A stretch of DNA of 51,689 bases from Klebsiella phage LAPAZ, in the sequence record PP706156.1; one strand, 5' to 3'. The notes below the pieces were generated by a model that saw only the letters and a list, made by a program, of their open reading frames with translations, had not been told where the DNA came from and did no database searches. Positions 43,118 to 51,689 of this stretch are shown here, piece after piece. Within the stretch, counting starts at the first letter, position 1; the number at the start of each line of letters is the position of its first letter. The translations under genes and the position numbers were made by a program.

Positions 43118-43720
43118 TTAGTTGTTATCTTCGGCGTAAGACCCTGAACCGAACAGCGCACCGCCAGCCAATCTGTAACCATATGGCAACTGGATTGGAT
43201 AACCCGCCGCCGTGGTGTTAATCGGCCCACCGAAAGCATACGACGGTTTATTTTCCGGCGACTCGCTCGCTCGCATGTTGCCGCCCATCTGCGGTGCAAT
43301 CATCTGCATTACGCCACCCAAAACCATTGAGCCACCAGCCATAAAAGCCGCCGACGAAAAAGCGCCCATAGCCGCCAGCGAACCACCACCAGTAAAGAAG
43401 GCCGCAACCATAATCGCAGCGCCGATAACGATCTGCAACAATCCGCCGTTCTTTCTGGCCTTCGGGATGGGGATGATTCTGATCTCCTTCGCTACGGCGA
43501 ACGTTGCAAAGTCATTCGTGCTGATTGGTTTTCCGTCCGCGACGATACCAAAGCGCATGTTAGAACCAACCTTACTCTGCATGAAGGCTTTAAACCCTTC
43601 CACCTGGTAGGATAGCGCCCGAATGCATTCGCCGACTGAATCGACTGCGAGGTTATGGAAGACACCGAACCGACGGCCCAGGGATCCTGAAAGTTTAATC
43701 GTCTTTGTATGTGATGCCAT
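43118..43720 (-). CDS. Tail assembly protein (lambda gpI-like), 200 aa
   Basis: Gly/Ala-rich hydrophobic central region typical of gpI. Overlaps the gpK-like gene. Confidence 0.65.
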   Translation of the reverse strand: MASHTKTIKLSGSLGRRFGVFHNLAVDSVGECIRALSYQVEGFKAFMQSKVGSNMRFGIVADGKPISTNDFATFAVAKEIRIIPIPKARKNGGLLQIVIGAAIMVAAFFTGGGSLAAMGAFSSAAFMAGGSMVLGGVMQMIAPQMGGNMRASESPENKPSYAFGGPINTTAAGYPIQLPYGYRLAGGALFGSGSYAEDNN

Positions 43721-44432
43721 GTTTAAGATCCTTATGTCTGCAAATTAAAACCTTGTGCTGCTCATACCACCCGGAATAGATATCCCGGCGCGATAGCTTG
43801 CCGAAAGCGTGGTGAAGGATATTATTGTTTCCAACGTAAATCCCAGCGTGGTTCCACTTTTCCGCCTGAAGCTGGAAGATAATCATATCGCCCACTTCTG
43901 GATCGCCAGTGTTTTCGATGAATCCATCTTCGCGCCAGTAGTCGCGGTAAAGATCCTCTTTGTATTCCGGCTTCCACCATTCGAACGGCAGTCGGCGGTC
44001 AGTCAGCGTGACGCCGTGGCGCTTGTGAAAATCCATCACCAGGCCGTAGCAATCATACGCGCCCAAAGCCCAGGGGCGACCAATCAGCGGCCTGCGCTTC
44101 GGTTCGATAATCCGCATATCACCTTCTGGAATCGACACGATAACCCACGACAAGCCAGATTCATCACAGAAGCATAAATCTGTGGCGCTCGGAACGGTGG
44201 TTGCACCGTCGCCAGTGTGAGAGTGAACGAAGGCGATCGGCTCACCTTCCAGTGACGCCAGCGCGTACTGTGTTTCGTCAGGCATTGATTCGTTCTCAGG
44301 ATCCGGCGAAACGTTATCGAGTCGGTGATATTTCTGCACGCGTGATTTCTGCGTTACCAGCCCTGCGCACTCATGCGGGTAAACTTCCTTCGCATGCTGC
44401 ATGATCTGCATTTTGATTTTTGGAGTTAACAT
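43695..44432 (-). CDS. Tail tip protein (lambda gpK-like; MPN/JAB + NlpC/P60), 245 aa
   Basis: JAB-like HxH…ACG context (YPHECAG, HSH) plus an NlpC/P60-like Cys/His C-terminal half. Confidence 0.65.
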   Translation of the reverse strand: MLTPKIKMQIMQHAKEVYPHECAGLVTQKSRVQKYHRLDNVSPDPENESMPDETQYALASLEGEPIAFVHSHTGDGATTVPSATDLCFCDESGLSWVIVSIPEGDMRIIEPKRRPLIGRPWALGAYDCYGLVMDFHKRHGVTLTDRRLPFEWWKPEYKEDLYRDYWREDGFIENTGDPEVGDMIIFQLQAEKWNHAGIYVGNNNILHHAFGKLSRRDIYSGWYEQHKVLICRHKDLKHGITYKDD

Positions 44433-44433
44433 A

Positions 44434-45186
44434 TTACCGTCCGCTTTTCAAGGTTGCAGTAGCGCAACCGCCAAAATCCAAAGCCTCATTTCCGAATCGC
44501 AATCTGCACGACGAAACAAGGCCACCGCAAACATCCTGGCTGGGATCATCAACCCTATTCCCGTATTTGTCAAAGTATCCGTTTTGCCCGTTGTAACTGC
44601 ATCCCTTCCCGGTTTTGTACCAGCCGCGTTGCGCCCAATAACAAACGGTTTGAGTCTGGCGGGCCGGAATCATCAAGCCATCCATATCGAAGACGGATGT
44701 TAGCTCAAACGTGGCCTTCTGCGGGTCAACCTGTTTAGGTCTTTCGATATAGTAAACGAACCGCCGAAAATCGCCATCAGCCACGTTGCCATCTTCTTTC
44801 AGCAAATCCTTGACCAAAACCCACACCGTAACTTTCGCTTGCATGAGGCCGTTGTAGGCGCGAATAAGAGCACTCGCTTGCGCATCAATATTGCTAACCG
44901 TCAGCGTTGGCTTTTCTACCGTGCCGTCACTTGACATTGCAATCCCACCGATCCCGAACGGGCGCGGGCCGTATTGCTCACCGCGAAACGTGATCGCCTT
45001 CGGTGTCAGCGTGCCGCCGTTAACCGCCGCCAAAAGTTCTTCGGTTGAGTAGGCGATATTCTCGTTGTGGAATCGGTAGACCTGCCCGCCGAACTTTGTC
45101 GCGTCAATGTCAATCAGCGTTAAGATCTCGCCTGGGAACAGCTTTTGCAAGCAGTTCGCAAACTCTTTTGAAACGTTAGTTGTCAT
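44434..45186 (-). CDS. Minor tail protein (lambda gpL-like) with C-terminal Cys cluster, 250 aa from ATG at 45186
   Basis: Strong SD GAGGAGG before the ATG at 45186. C-terminal CGGLVSSCRLRFG Fe-S-type cluster typical of gpL. Confidence 0.65.
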   Translation of the reverse strand: MTTNVSKEFANCLQKLFPGEILTLIDIDATKFGGQVYRFHNENIAYSTEELLAAVNGGTLTPKAITFRGEQYGPRPFGIGGIAMSSDGTVEKPTLTVSNIDAQASALIRAYNGLMQAKVTVWVLVKDLLKEDGNVADGDFRRFVYYIERPKQVDPQKATFELTSVFDMDGLMIPARQTQTVCYWAQRGWYKTGKGCSYNGQNGYFDKYGNRVDDPSQDVCGGLVSSCRLRFGNEALDFGGCATATLKSGR

Positions 45187-45221
45187 ATAAATTTCCTCCT
45201 CTTGTCGACTCCAGATCATAG

Positions 45222-45252
45222 GCCAAAAAAAAGCACCCGTAAAGGGCGCTTT
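45222..45252 (-). terminator. Terminator between the gpM-like and gpL-like genes
   Basis: GCGCCCTTTACGGGTGC followed by T8 on the minus strand. Confidence 0.5.
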
Positions 45253-45255
45253 GTG

Positions 45256-45600
45256 CTATCCGGCTGAAGAGAACCGTTCCGCAAACTCTGCTGTTACTTC
45301 GCATAACCCACCGCCCTGCGGCGCGAGGGTAACAGAGTCTGCCGTTACGACGAATACACCCATTCTTCCATCTGGTGCCGTCCAGATAAAGGGCTTCGTT
45401 ACGTGATCCTGACAAAAATCATAAACCTCCTCCCAATCCATTCCGCCATAAACGATCGGAACCGTCCGGCGCTTTGTGTTGATGCCACTCGATGCAGTCT
45501 GGATGTATCCGTTACCGAAACTAACCGCTCGAACGTTGTTTGAAACGGCGACTTTCGCCGCCCCTCCTTGAATTTGAGTACACCAGGAAAAAGAATCCAC
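45256..45600 (-). CDS. Minor tail protein (lambda gpM-like), 114 aa
   Basis: Size and position immediately after the tape measure gene. Confidence 0.6.
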   Translation of the reverse strand: MDSFSWCTQIQGGAAKVAVSNNVRAVSFGNGYIQTASSGINTKRRTVPIVYGGMDWEEVYDFCQDHVTKPFIWTAPDGRMGVFVVTADSVTLAPQGGGLCEVTAEFAERFSSAG

Positions 45601-45602
45601 TG

Positions 45603-48569
45603 TTAACCCCTCGTTTTCTCGTTTACGTATTTCGCAATGCGTCCGTTTTGGCTCAATGCCTCCGTGAACATATCATTCACGATCTGCCTTACTCCCTGCT
45701 CTAAGCCCTTGCTATCCTGACCGGAACCCATCGTGATGTTCACGTCACCCATGCTAAACACCATTGCTGCCGATGCCGCAACATTCCCGCCATTCGTCAC
45801 ACCAGATCCTGACGAACCGTTAGAGCCTACCAGACCGCCGGAAGCATAGCCACGCATCAGCCTGTATAAATTTTCCGGCCCTAATCGGCTGGTCGCCTCT
45901 TTGGTAAAGACGAATTCGCCGCCATGCACAACGCCTTTAGGTTCGTACTTTCCACCGTTGCCAGTATAGCCGCCGTTGGCGAACCCTTTGCTGAACATGC
46001 TGGCGAAGCTGAACGTACCGCCACCGCCGAACGCAGAAGACATTGCATTGAACAGCGCCATTTTGATTAGCATGCTGGTAATGTCACTAATCACGCTTCT
46101 GGCGAAGTCGCTGAAGCTGGCCTTACCCGTCATGACAAAATCAGTTAGCACAGTAGCCATTCCGTTAAATGCGTTTTGTGTGATGCTCCCGATATTGGAG
46201 TACACGTCATTAACTTCGTTGCCAATGTCAGCCCATGCATGCGTGAATCCCGCTTTCCAGTCAAGCATCTGCGCATCCTGCTGCGCGTAAAACTGTTCGC
46301 TTGCTGCCTGCATCTGCTTAAATTGGGCGTCGTCAAGCGAGCCTCCGTTATTCTTCCAGTCCGCCGCCATCTGCGCATTTGCCCTGTAGCGCTCCTGCTG
46401 CTTACTCCCCATCCCGGCGGTATCCTGAAGCGCTTTTGTCTTCTCAGCCATCTGGTTCTGATACTTCACCGACTTGTCAAGCAAGGCGTTCAGGCGCTGC
46501 TGCCGGACAATCTGATCGCCCACGATCGCTTTCTGTTCCGCCATAGCGATGATACTTTGCTTATTGGCTAACATCTGCTTTTCGCTCTGCGTCAGCTTAC
46601 GCTTGGCGCTCGCTTCTTCCAGCACCTGGAATTTTGCGACAGTGGTAAAGTAGTCTTTGCGCTGCTGGCTGATTTTGTCGTCAAGCCCTTTGTGCTGCTG
46701 TAATACTTTCAACTGCGCCTGCAATGACAGCAATTCGGACTGATACTGTTCATCGATCTTAACCCCGGCGTCTACCTGCTCCTTTCTGGCGTTTCGGTTC
46801 TTCAGGATATCCTTTTCTTCCTGATTTACCTTATCCTTTGTTGCACTGCTGTAGCCGCCGGACACGTTTTTGTTTTTGGCCGCGTCAATGTAACCCATTT
46901 CGCCTTTCGCGATCCTTGCCTGCTGCTCCGCAATGGTCTTCGCCAGTTCCGCTGATTTTGCTTTGGAATCCTTGATTAGCTGTTCTTGCTGTGCAAGAAA
47001 ATCATTCCCAAAGTCACCCATGCCAGGCACTTTCTGCAACTGACGACCAGCATCAACGATGAATTGTGCGATCATGGCGTCGCCATCCGCAATCAGTTTC
47101 CTGATAACGTTGATGATAGATGAAACCGTATCAACAATAAGGTTTAGCGCGCCGACGGTGTGATCACCTACCCACTTCCAGGAGTCTGCGGCCCACTTTT
47201 TAATGTCAGTCCACATCGTTTCAAGCGGCGTTGCGCTGTCTGCGATATCCTTCAGGCGTTTATCCATCGTGTCAGCAAAGAGTTTCGTTGCCGCTTCCGC
47301 TGCCGCCGTCTCACCTTTGGTTTTTCGCAAAGATTCGATGTAGGTTAACTGCCCTTCCTTCAGGAAATTAAACTGATCATTCAGTTCGGCAAGCCCCTTA
47401 ACCGGATCCTTTGCGATAGAGTCAAAGTAACCAGTAATGGTTTTTTCGCTCTCCCCGGTCTGCGCCGACCATTCCGCCGTAGTCTTCGTGATCGCCTTAA
47501 TCTGGTTGATGCTGTATTTTCCAGATTGAGCCAGTGACGTTGCGATCGCCTGAATGCTTCCGACAGTAGCCGATGATGTTTTGTTGATTTCATCGGTTAG
47601 GGAGGTGATTTGCCCGGTAGTTGTTGCAGCATAGCCACCAGTCAGCACCAATGCATTCGCTAGATCTCGCTGTGACTTCCAGGAGTCGTACCCAGCTTTG
47701 GCGATAGCCGCAAGAGCAACACCCAAAGCAACCGCGCCAACTGTTAGCGGGTTAATGTAGCTCAACAAAACTTTGAACGTGTTCCCGATACCGCCGAAGC
47801 TATCCTTGATTTGCCCTCCTTGCTGAATAGCCACTAACCATACTGGCATCCCGGAAGCAAGAGACGTTACTACGTCAGTGATCTGCGCCGGAAGTTGGCG
47901 CATCGCCATTTTATATTGACCCGCTGAAATTCCAGCAAGCCCCATAGCATTCTGCTGTTTCTTTAACGCCTGCTCTTGCTGCTTCAGGGCGTTAATGAAC
48001 GGTGCCGCTTCAGTTGAAACGCCTAATTGTGCCGCCTTCATTTCCAGCAGTTCGGCGCGAGTCTTGCCGATCGAGTCTGCTTGCTGTTTCAGGCTGGCGA
48101 CAAAATCACGCCCGGCGTTAGTAGCCTTCTGTTTCGCCTCAGCCTCAGCGATTGCCGCGCGGCCTTCTTCGGTTAGCGCCAACTGCTGCTGTCTCAGCTT
48201 GTTGGTGGTCGACTCAATGACAGCACCCAGGCGGAAGAATTCCTTGTCCGGCACAAGGCCCAATTGCCAGGCCTTATCCAGTTCTTCCGAAGCCTTGCGC
48301 AAGTTAGCCATTTTCGCGATCGTGGGATCGATAGCGCCCGCGATGTTGTTGAAATTGGTCTTGGCCTTTTCCGTGGTTTTCTTTTGGTTCTGCAACGCGC
48401 GGTTCATTTCCTCAGTCTGCGCCGTCGCGCGCTTCTCAGCGTCCGCCAGCGACTGAAGACCCGCCCCGGTTTGTTGGCTTTGGTTCTTCAGTTCGGCAAG
48501 TGATCGCACCGCTCTGTCAACCTGCGACACGTCAACGCCGAACGTCAAGCCAGCTACTTTATCAGCCAT
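45603..48569 (-). CDS. Tail tape measure protein (~988 aa from ATG at 48569)
   Basis: About 1-kb Ala/Gln/Lys-rich helical protein with a C-terminal Gly-rich region. SD GGGGG. Downstream of the G/GT chaperones. Confidence 0.85.
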   Translation of the reverse strand: MADKVAGLTFGVDVSQVDRAVRSLAELKNQSQQTGAGLQSLADAEKRATAQTEEMNRALQNQKKTTEKAKTNFNNIAGAIDPTIAKMANLRKASEELDKAWQLGLVPDKEFFRLGAVIESTTNKLRQQQLALTEEGRAAIAEAEAKQKATNAGRDFVASLKQQADSIGKTRAELLEMKAAQLGVSTEAAPFINALKQQEQALKKQQNAMGLAGISAGQYKMAMRQLPAQITDVVTSLASGMPVWLVAIQQGGQIKDSFGGIGNTFKVLLSYINPLTVGAVALGVALAAIAKAGYDSWKSQRDLANALVLTGGYAATTTGQITSLTDEINKTSSATVGSIQAIATSLAQSGKYSINQIKAITKTTAEWSAQTGESEKTITGYFDSIAKDPVKGLAELNDQFNFLKEGQLTYIESLRKTKGETAAAEAATKLFADTMDKRLKDIADSATPLETMWTDIKKWAADSWKWVGDHTVGALNLIVDTVSSIINVIRKLIADGDAMIAQFIVDAGRQLQKVPGMGDFGNDFLAQQEQLIKDSKAKSAELAKTIAEQQARIAKGEMGYIDAAKNKNVSGGYSSATKDKVNQEEKDILKNRNARKEQVDAGVKIDEQYQSELLSLQAQLKVLQQHKGLDDKISQQRKDYFTTVAKFQVLEEASAKRKLTQSEKQMLANKQSIIAMAEQKAIVGDQIVRQQRLNALLDKSVKYQNQMAEKTKALQDTAGMGSKQQERYRANAQMAADWKNNGGSLDDAQFKQMQAASEQFYAQQDAQMLDWKAGFTHAWADIGNEVNDVYSNIGSITQNAFNGMATVLTDFVMTGKASFSDFARSVISDITSMLIKMALFNAMSSAFGGGGTFSFASMFSKGFANGGYTGNGGKYEPKGVVHGGEFVFTKEATSRLGPENLYRLMRGYASGGLVGSNGSSGSGVTNGGNVAASAAMVFSMGDVNITMGSGQDSKGLEQGVRQIVNDMFTEALSQNGRIAKYVNEKTRG

Positions 48570-48582
48570 GTTAGCCCCCATA

Positions 48583-48606
48583 TGAAAAAAGCGCCCGTAG
48601 GCGCTT
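48583..48606 (-). terminator. Terminator/attenuator between the gpT-frame ORF and the tape measure gene
   Basis: AAGCGCCTACGGGCGC followed by T6 on the minus strand. Confidence 0.5.
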
Positions 48607-49000
48607 ATTGTGATTTTTTGTAGATCTGCTTGAGGTATTCACCCTCCAGGATCTGCAAGTCAAGCAATGCCGCTTCTCGATTGTCGATTTTATACAATTC
48701 AAAGAACATAGGCAATGTATTATAGTCCAGCCCCGTTGGGCCATTCATCCCAATGCGCCATTGCGTTTGCATGGCCTGGAATAGTTGCCAACTTTGGGCG
48801 GTCTGCTCATCGAAGAAAATTTCCTCTAAATCAGCCTCGTAATCCGATCGCCGTAAACCATACTCAGCAAGCTGGCGATCGGTTAACTCAGGCTGAAGCG
48901 TTAGATAAACAGCCCGCCTTAGACTTTTGCACGATGCCCGGCAAGCGCGGCCATGTACGTTTGAGGCAATGCCATGACAAAGGAAGGGTAATGCGAGCAC
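48605..49000 (-). CDS. Tail assembly chaperone gpT-like frame, expressed as a G-T fusion by -1 frameshift
   Basis: Overlaps the 3' end of the gpG-like ORF in the -1 frame. Slippery GCAAAAG lies 2 codons before the G stop. Confidence 0.55.
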   Translation of the reverse strand: MLALPFLCHGIASNVHGRACRASCKSLRRAVYLTLQPELTDRQLAEYGLRRSDYEADLEEIFFDEQTAQSWQLFQAMQTQWRIGMNGPTGLDYNTLPMFFELYKIDNREAALLDLQILEGEYLKQIYKKSQ

Positions 49001-49245
49001 AGCCAGGAAATGTTTTCATCCGTAAATTCTTCGTCCAGATCCCAGCCTTCGGCCATGAAGCGGATAAAATCCACGTTACCTTTCGGCGCTTTTTCTTCGC
49101 TTTCATAAAACTCCTTCATTTCATCGGTGGAGTGATGTTTTACCGTCATGTTGATGGTTGCATCTTTGCCATCGGGGCAAGTGAAAGTTACCGGAAGTTT
49201 GAAGGATGGGAGTTCGCCGCCAATACGAATTTTAAACTTAGCCAT
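48919..49245 (-). CDS. Tail assembly chaperone gpG-like (108 aa from ATG at 49245)
   Basis: SD AGGAG. Position between the major tail and tape measure genes. Acidic C-terminus. Confidence 0.6.
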   Translation of the reverse strand: MAKFKIRIGGELPSFKLPVTFTCPDGKDATINMTVKHHSTDEMKEFYESEEKAPKGNVDFIRFMAEGWDLDEEFTDENISWLCSHYPSFVMALPQTYMAALAGHRAKV

Positions 49246-49289
49246 TTTGTAATCTCCTGATTGGTATGTGTTGAATGCTATTATGCATA

Positions 49290-49326
49290 AAAAAAGGCGA
49301 GGCACAAGCCCCGCCAGTTATTATTT
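49290..49326. terminator. Terminator after major tail paralogue 2
   Basis: GGCGGGGCTTGTGCCTCGCC followed by T7 on the minus strand. Confidence 0.55.
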
Positions 49327-49331
49327 GCCAG

Positions 49332-49979
49332 TTACACAGGCAGGAAGACGTGCGAACCCTTCAGCGCAATGTCAAGGGTGACGGTTTCCATTTCGTTCAC
49401 AGCCGTAGACGGGATATCGTCAAAGGAGGCGACGCCAGACCAATAACGAACTTCGCTTGCTCGCGGTACGTACATGTACATCGCTTTTGCCTCTTTGCTG
49501 GCATCGGCAGCACGCAGGATCGGGTAGATCGCATTGTCGTACTCATGCGCAAATTGGTAGTTGAGCGTTACCGCCGATTTGTAGGTCGGTTCTGACTGCT
49601 CGCGTTCGTCGCTCAGGCACTGGTAGTTATAATACTGCTGCTCGTTGCCGTCTTTGCCTAAATCCTGAATGCATGGCATTTCGATCCAGTCAGAGATAAC
49701 GCTAACTTTGCCAGTTGCCGCCGTCGGATATTTGTTAACGTCAGAAGTGTCGAATTCTTCCAGCGTCGCAACACCTGCCGCCACCGATTTAACTCGCGCC
49801 ACCTTGTTCACAAAGTCGCCCCAGGTGCAATCCGTGAAGATTACGATATCTTTCGGCTTCAGTGCATTTTCAGCAACCGTGATTTTCGGGTTTAACGCGT
49901 CGTTTGACATTGCGGTAAACGGGATCTCCGCTCCGCGTGACTTCTCAAAGAAGACTTTAGCACCGTTTGGTAAATGCAT
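49332..49979 (-). CDS. Major tail (tube) protein, paralogue 2 (215 aa from ATG at 49979)
   Basis: MHLPNGAKVF… N-terminus and …VSFDDIPSTAVNEMETVTL…FLPV C-terminus shared with the upstream paralogue. SD AGGAG. Confidence 0.65.
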   Translation of the reverse strand: MHLPNGAKVFFEKSRGAEIPFTAMSNDALNPKITVAENALKPKDIVIFTDCTWGDFVNKVARVKSVAAGVATLEEFDTSDVNKYPTAATGKVSVISDWIEMPCIQDLGKDGNEQQYYNYQCLSDEREQSEPTYKSAVTLNYQFAHEYDNAIYPILRAADASKEAKAMYMYVPRASEVRYWSGVASFDDIPSTAVNEMETVTLDIALKGSHVFLPV

Positions 49980-50030
49980 GTTCAATACTCCTGTTTGATG
50001 TTTGATTAACCTCGCCATTATGCCCGCTAG

Positions 50031-50717
50031 TTAGCTAGATGGCAAGAAATTATAAGCGCCTCGAATCGCCATGCGTAGCGTCACCGTCTCCATTTCGTTT
50101 ACCGTCGTTGACGGAATGTCATCGAATGAGACGTTACCAGCCCAATAGCGGTTTTCTTTTGCGCGCGGAATGTGCATGCGCATCGCCATCAGCCGCTTGC
50201 TGGCCTCATTCTCCCTCATCACCGCATAGGTGGGGTTGTCGGGATCGTGCGCCATGACGTAGGACATAAACAACGCTGATTTCGTCGTCTTCTGTCTTTC
50301 CTCCCTTCCGCTACTCAGGCACTGGTAAGTATACCAGTTTTGTTCGTTGCCTTCCTTATCGATTGACTGCACGCAAGGCAGTTCCGCCCATGATGAAATG
50401 CGACGAACCTTTCCGGGCGATGAAATGTAATTACCAACTGGCAAATCATTAGCTCGGTACTCCGGCCATACCCTAACCCTCGAAACATCCCCATTAACAG
50501 AGCGGATCGAGTATACATTACCCTCGATCAGCTTGTTGTCGCAATCGGTGATCACTACGATATCGCCAACACCAAAAGCGCTGACACCAGCCGCCTGATT
50601 CAACACGAGAACATAAGTGTTTGGGATGCCAACATCAGTTGTGTCAAGCCACTTAAAATCGTACTCTCTCTCGTTGCTGGCCTCAATAAAAATCTTGCTC
50701 CCGTTAGGTAAGTGCAT
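50031..50717 (-). CDS. Major tail (tube) protein, paralogue 1 (228 aa from ATG at 50717)
   Basis: MHLPNGSKIF… start with SD GGAGG. Alignable over its whole length to the 49332..49979 product. Confidence 0.65.
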   Translation of the reverse strand: MHLPNGSKIFIEASNEREYDFKWLDTTDVGIPNTYVLVLNQAAGVSAFGVGDIVVITDCDNKLIEGNVYSIRSVNGDVSRVRVWPEYRANDLPVGNYISSPGKVRRISSWAELPCVQSIDKEGNEQNWYTYQCLSSGREERQKTTKSALFMSYVMAHDPDNPTYAVMRENEASKRLMAMRMHIPRAKENRYWAGNVSFDDIPSTTVNEMETVTLRMAIRGAYNFLPSS

Positions 50718-51138
50718 ACCCGCTCGCCTCCATTTGTTCACATCTTACCGTAAAGCGAACGGGGAAGAACCACCCTGTTTGCGCCTTCTGCACTCCGTGA
50801 ACCTCAGCCCACTCGCTTACGTAAAGATTAATTTTGTCATCGCCCAAGATTTTACCTTCAGGGAAATATTTTGCAACGTTTTGCGCGATTAACCTTGCGG
50901 CGTCGGTGCCAGTTCCGGGTTTAAAGATCACATCAACCTGAACCAGCCCCATGTAAACGCGACACTCCCTGGAGAGGCTAACAGATCGGGAATCCGCTTC
51001 GATGTATGAAAATTTAAGGTGCGTACCGCCGTTGGCTGGCGGCTTAAAGTCAACGTTATCGCTCGCGATCATAATCCCGTTATCGGCGGCAAATTTAGCC
51101 GCCGCTGCCTTGCATTTTAACGCAATATCATAGTGCAT
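50704..51138 (-). CDS. Tail completion / tail terminator-like protein (144 aa)
   Basis: Position between the neck and major tail genes. Confidence 0.45.
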   Translation of the reverse strand: MHYDIALKCKAAAAKFAADNGIMIASDNVDFKPPANGGTHLKFSYIEADSRSVSLSRECRVYMGLVQVDVIFKPGTGTDAARLIAQNVAKYFPEGKILGDDKINLYVSEWAEVHGVQKAQTGWFFPVRFTVRCEQMEASGYALT

Positions 51139-51565
51139 TTTTCGCCCTCGCTCGTTTGATTGCTTCAGTCACATATACGCCTAATCGGATCGCGACGACT
51201 CCCATAACGCCATTCGGCGCTTGTTTTGAGTGTCCGTATTCGAGCGCGTTAGCATAGATTAGCATGTTACTGAACCAGATCGAAGTAATCCCGGCTCCCT
51301 TTGTGAACAGCGCAATGTTCGCGTTACCGTTCTGGATAGTCTTCGTCCCGGTCTGGTCGTATGCGTTGATTGCGTAAAGTGGCGCACGGTTAAAAGTGAT
51401 TTGCCAGTTGCCACGGAAGCGGCCTGTATCGACAGGAGAGCGCATTACAAGATCCTTTAGGATATCATTGCACGTCATGCGTACAACGTCCTCCAGCGCA
51501 TCACCAGCCGCCTTGCACCATGCATCAATCGCACCTGTGAATTCACGGATGGTGTAATTAGCCAT
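51128..51565 (-). CDS. Neck / head-tail joining protein (HK97 gp10-like), 145 aa from ATG at 51565
   Basis: ATG overlaps the TAA of the junction-spanning gene. Size and position typical of the family. Confidence 0.45.
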   Translation of the reverse strand: MANYTIREFTGAIDAWCKAAGDALEDVVRMTCNDILKDLVMRSPVDTGRFRGNWQITFNRAPLYAINAYDQTGTKTIQNGNANIALFTKGAGITSIWFSNMLIYANALEYGHSKQAPNGVMGVVAIRLGVYVTEAIKRARAKNAL

Positions 51566-51689
51566 AAGTCGCCACCCTTCGCAAAACAGGGCGGTAGGCA
51601 ACAACGGTTCCGGTAGGTTTCACCGGGCGGGCATTCACTACGCGGTAGCGCTCCCCGTCGACGTCGATTTCGTCACCTTCCATGATTGG
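51558..51689 (-). CDS. C-terminal part (including stop) of the junction-spanning head-tail joining gene. Positions 51613..51689 duplicate 1..77.
   Basis: In frame with 1..323 across the 77-bp terminal overlap. The TAA stop at 51558..51560 overlaps the ATG of the next gene (ATGGCTAA). Confidence 0.45.
   Translation of the reverse strand, partial: PIMEGDEIDVDGERYRVVNARPVKPTGTVVAYRPVLRRVATYG

Overview
This window is a complete, circularly permuted ~51.6-kb tailed-phage genome. The first 77 bases are identical to the last 77 (51613..51689), so the sequence is a circular assembly with a short overlap, and one gene runs across the junction.

The gene content and order look T1-like (Drexlerviridae-like siphovirus). 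Supporting this are a unimolecular spanin, a lysozyme with a weakly hydrophobic N-terminal anchor paired with a two-pass holin, a Dam methyltransferase, a split polynucleotide kinase/phosphatase, ERF + SSB + RecE-like exonuclease, and a lambda-like tail tip (gpM/L/K/I/J homologues). I could not run a database search to confirm the classification.

Layout:
- Late/structural module, minus strand, 8.8 kb down to 1 and wrapping to 51.6 down to 38.6 kb: TerS, TerL, portal, MuF-like, scaffold/protease, decoration, major capsid, connector and neck proteins, two paralogous major tail proteins, G/GT chaperones with a -1 frameshift, tape measure, tip complex, and two receptor-binding-protein candidates.
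- Plus-strand replication/recombination/fibre block, 31.6-38.6 kb: HTH protein, primase, exonuclease, ERF, SSB, lateral tail fibre with a C-terminal S74 chaperone domain.
- Minus-strand block, 23.8-31.5 kb: helicase, VRR-NUC nuclease, Dam, HTH-metallophosphoesterase, HAD phosphatase + P-loop kinase, pinholin, SAR endolysin, u-spanin.
- Two divergent arrays of small genes with no recognisable function: 21 genes leftward (8.9-16.2 kb) and 18 rightward (16.9-23.8 kb), diverging from an AT-rich control region at 16.26-16.90 kb.

The most interesting non-coding structure:
1. At least 17 copies of a ~70-bp promoter cassette. Each has a palindromic box TAGCA-N5-TGNTA, an exact 22-nt GC-hairpin spacer, a -10 hexamer, and a conserved CCATCGAAAC leader. 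The palindrome centre falls at about -42, a class-II activator position, so these look like activator-dependent middle promoters.
2. A pair of ~100-bp AT-rich repeats in inverted orientation (16434..16532 and 33176..33276), flanked by GGTAAGAT motifs, perfect GTAAGATGCATCTTAC palindromes and ~45-bp direct repeats. These are candidate origins or regulatory hubs.
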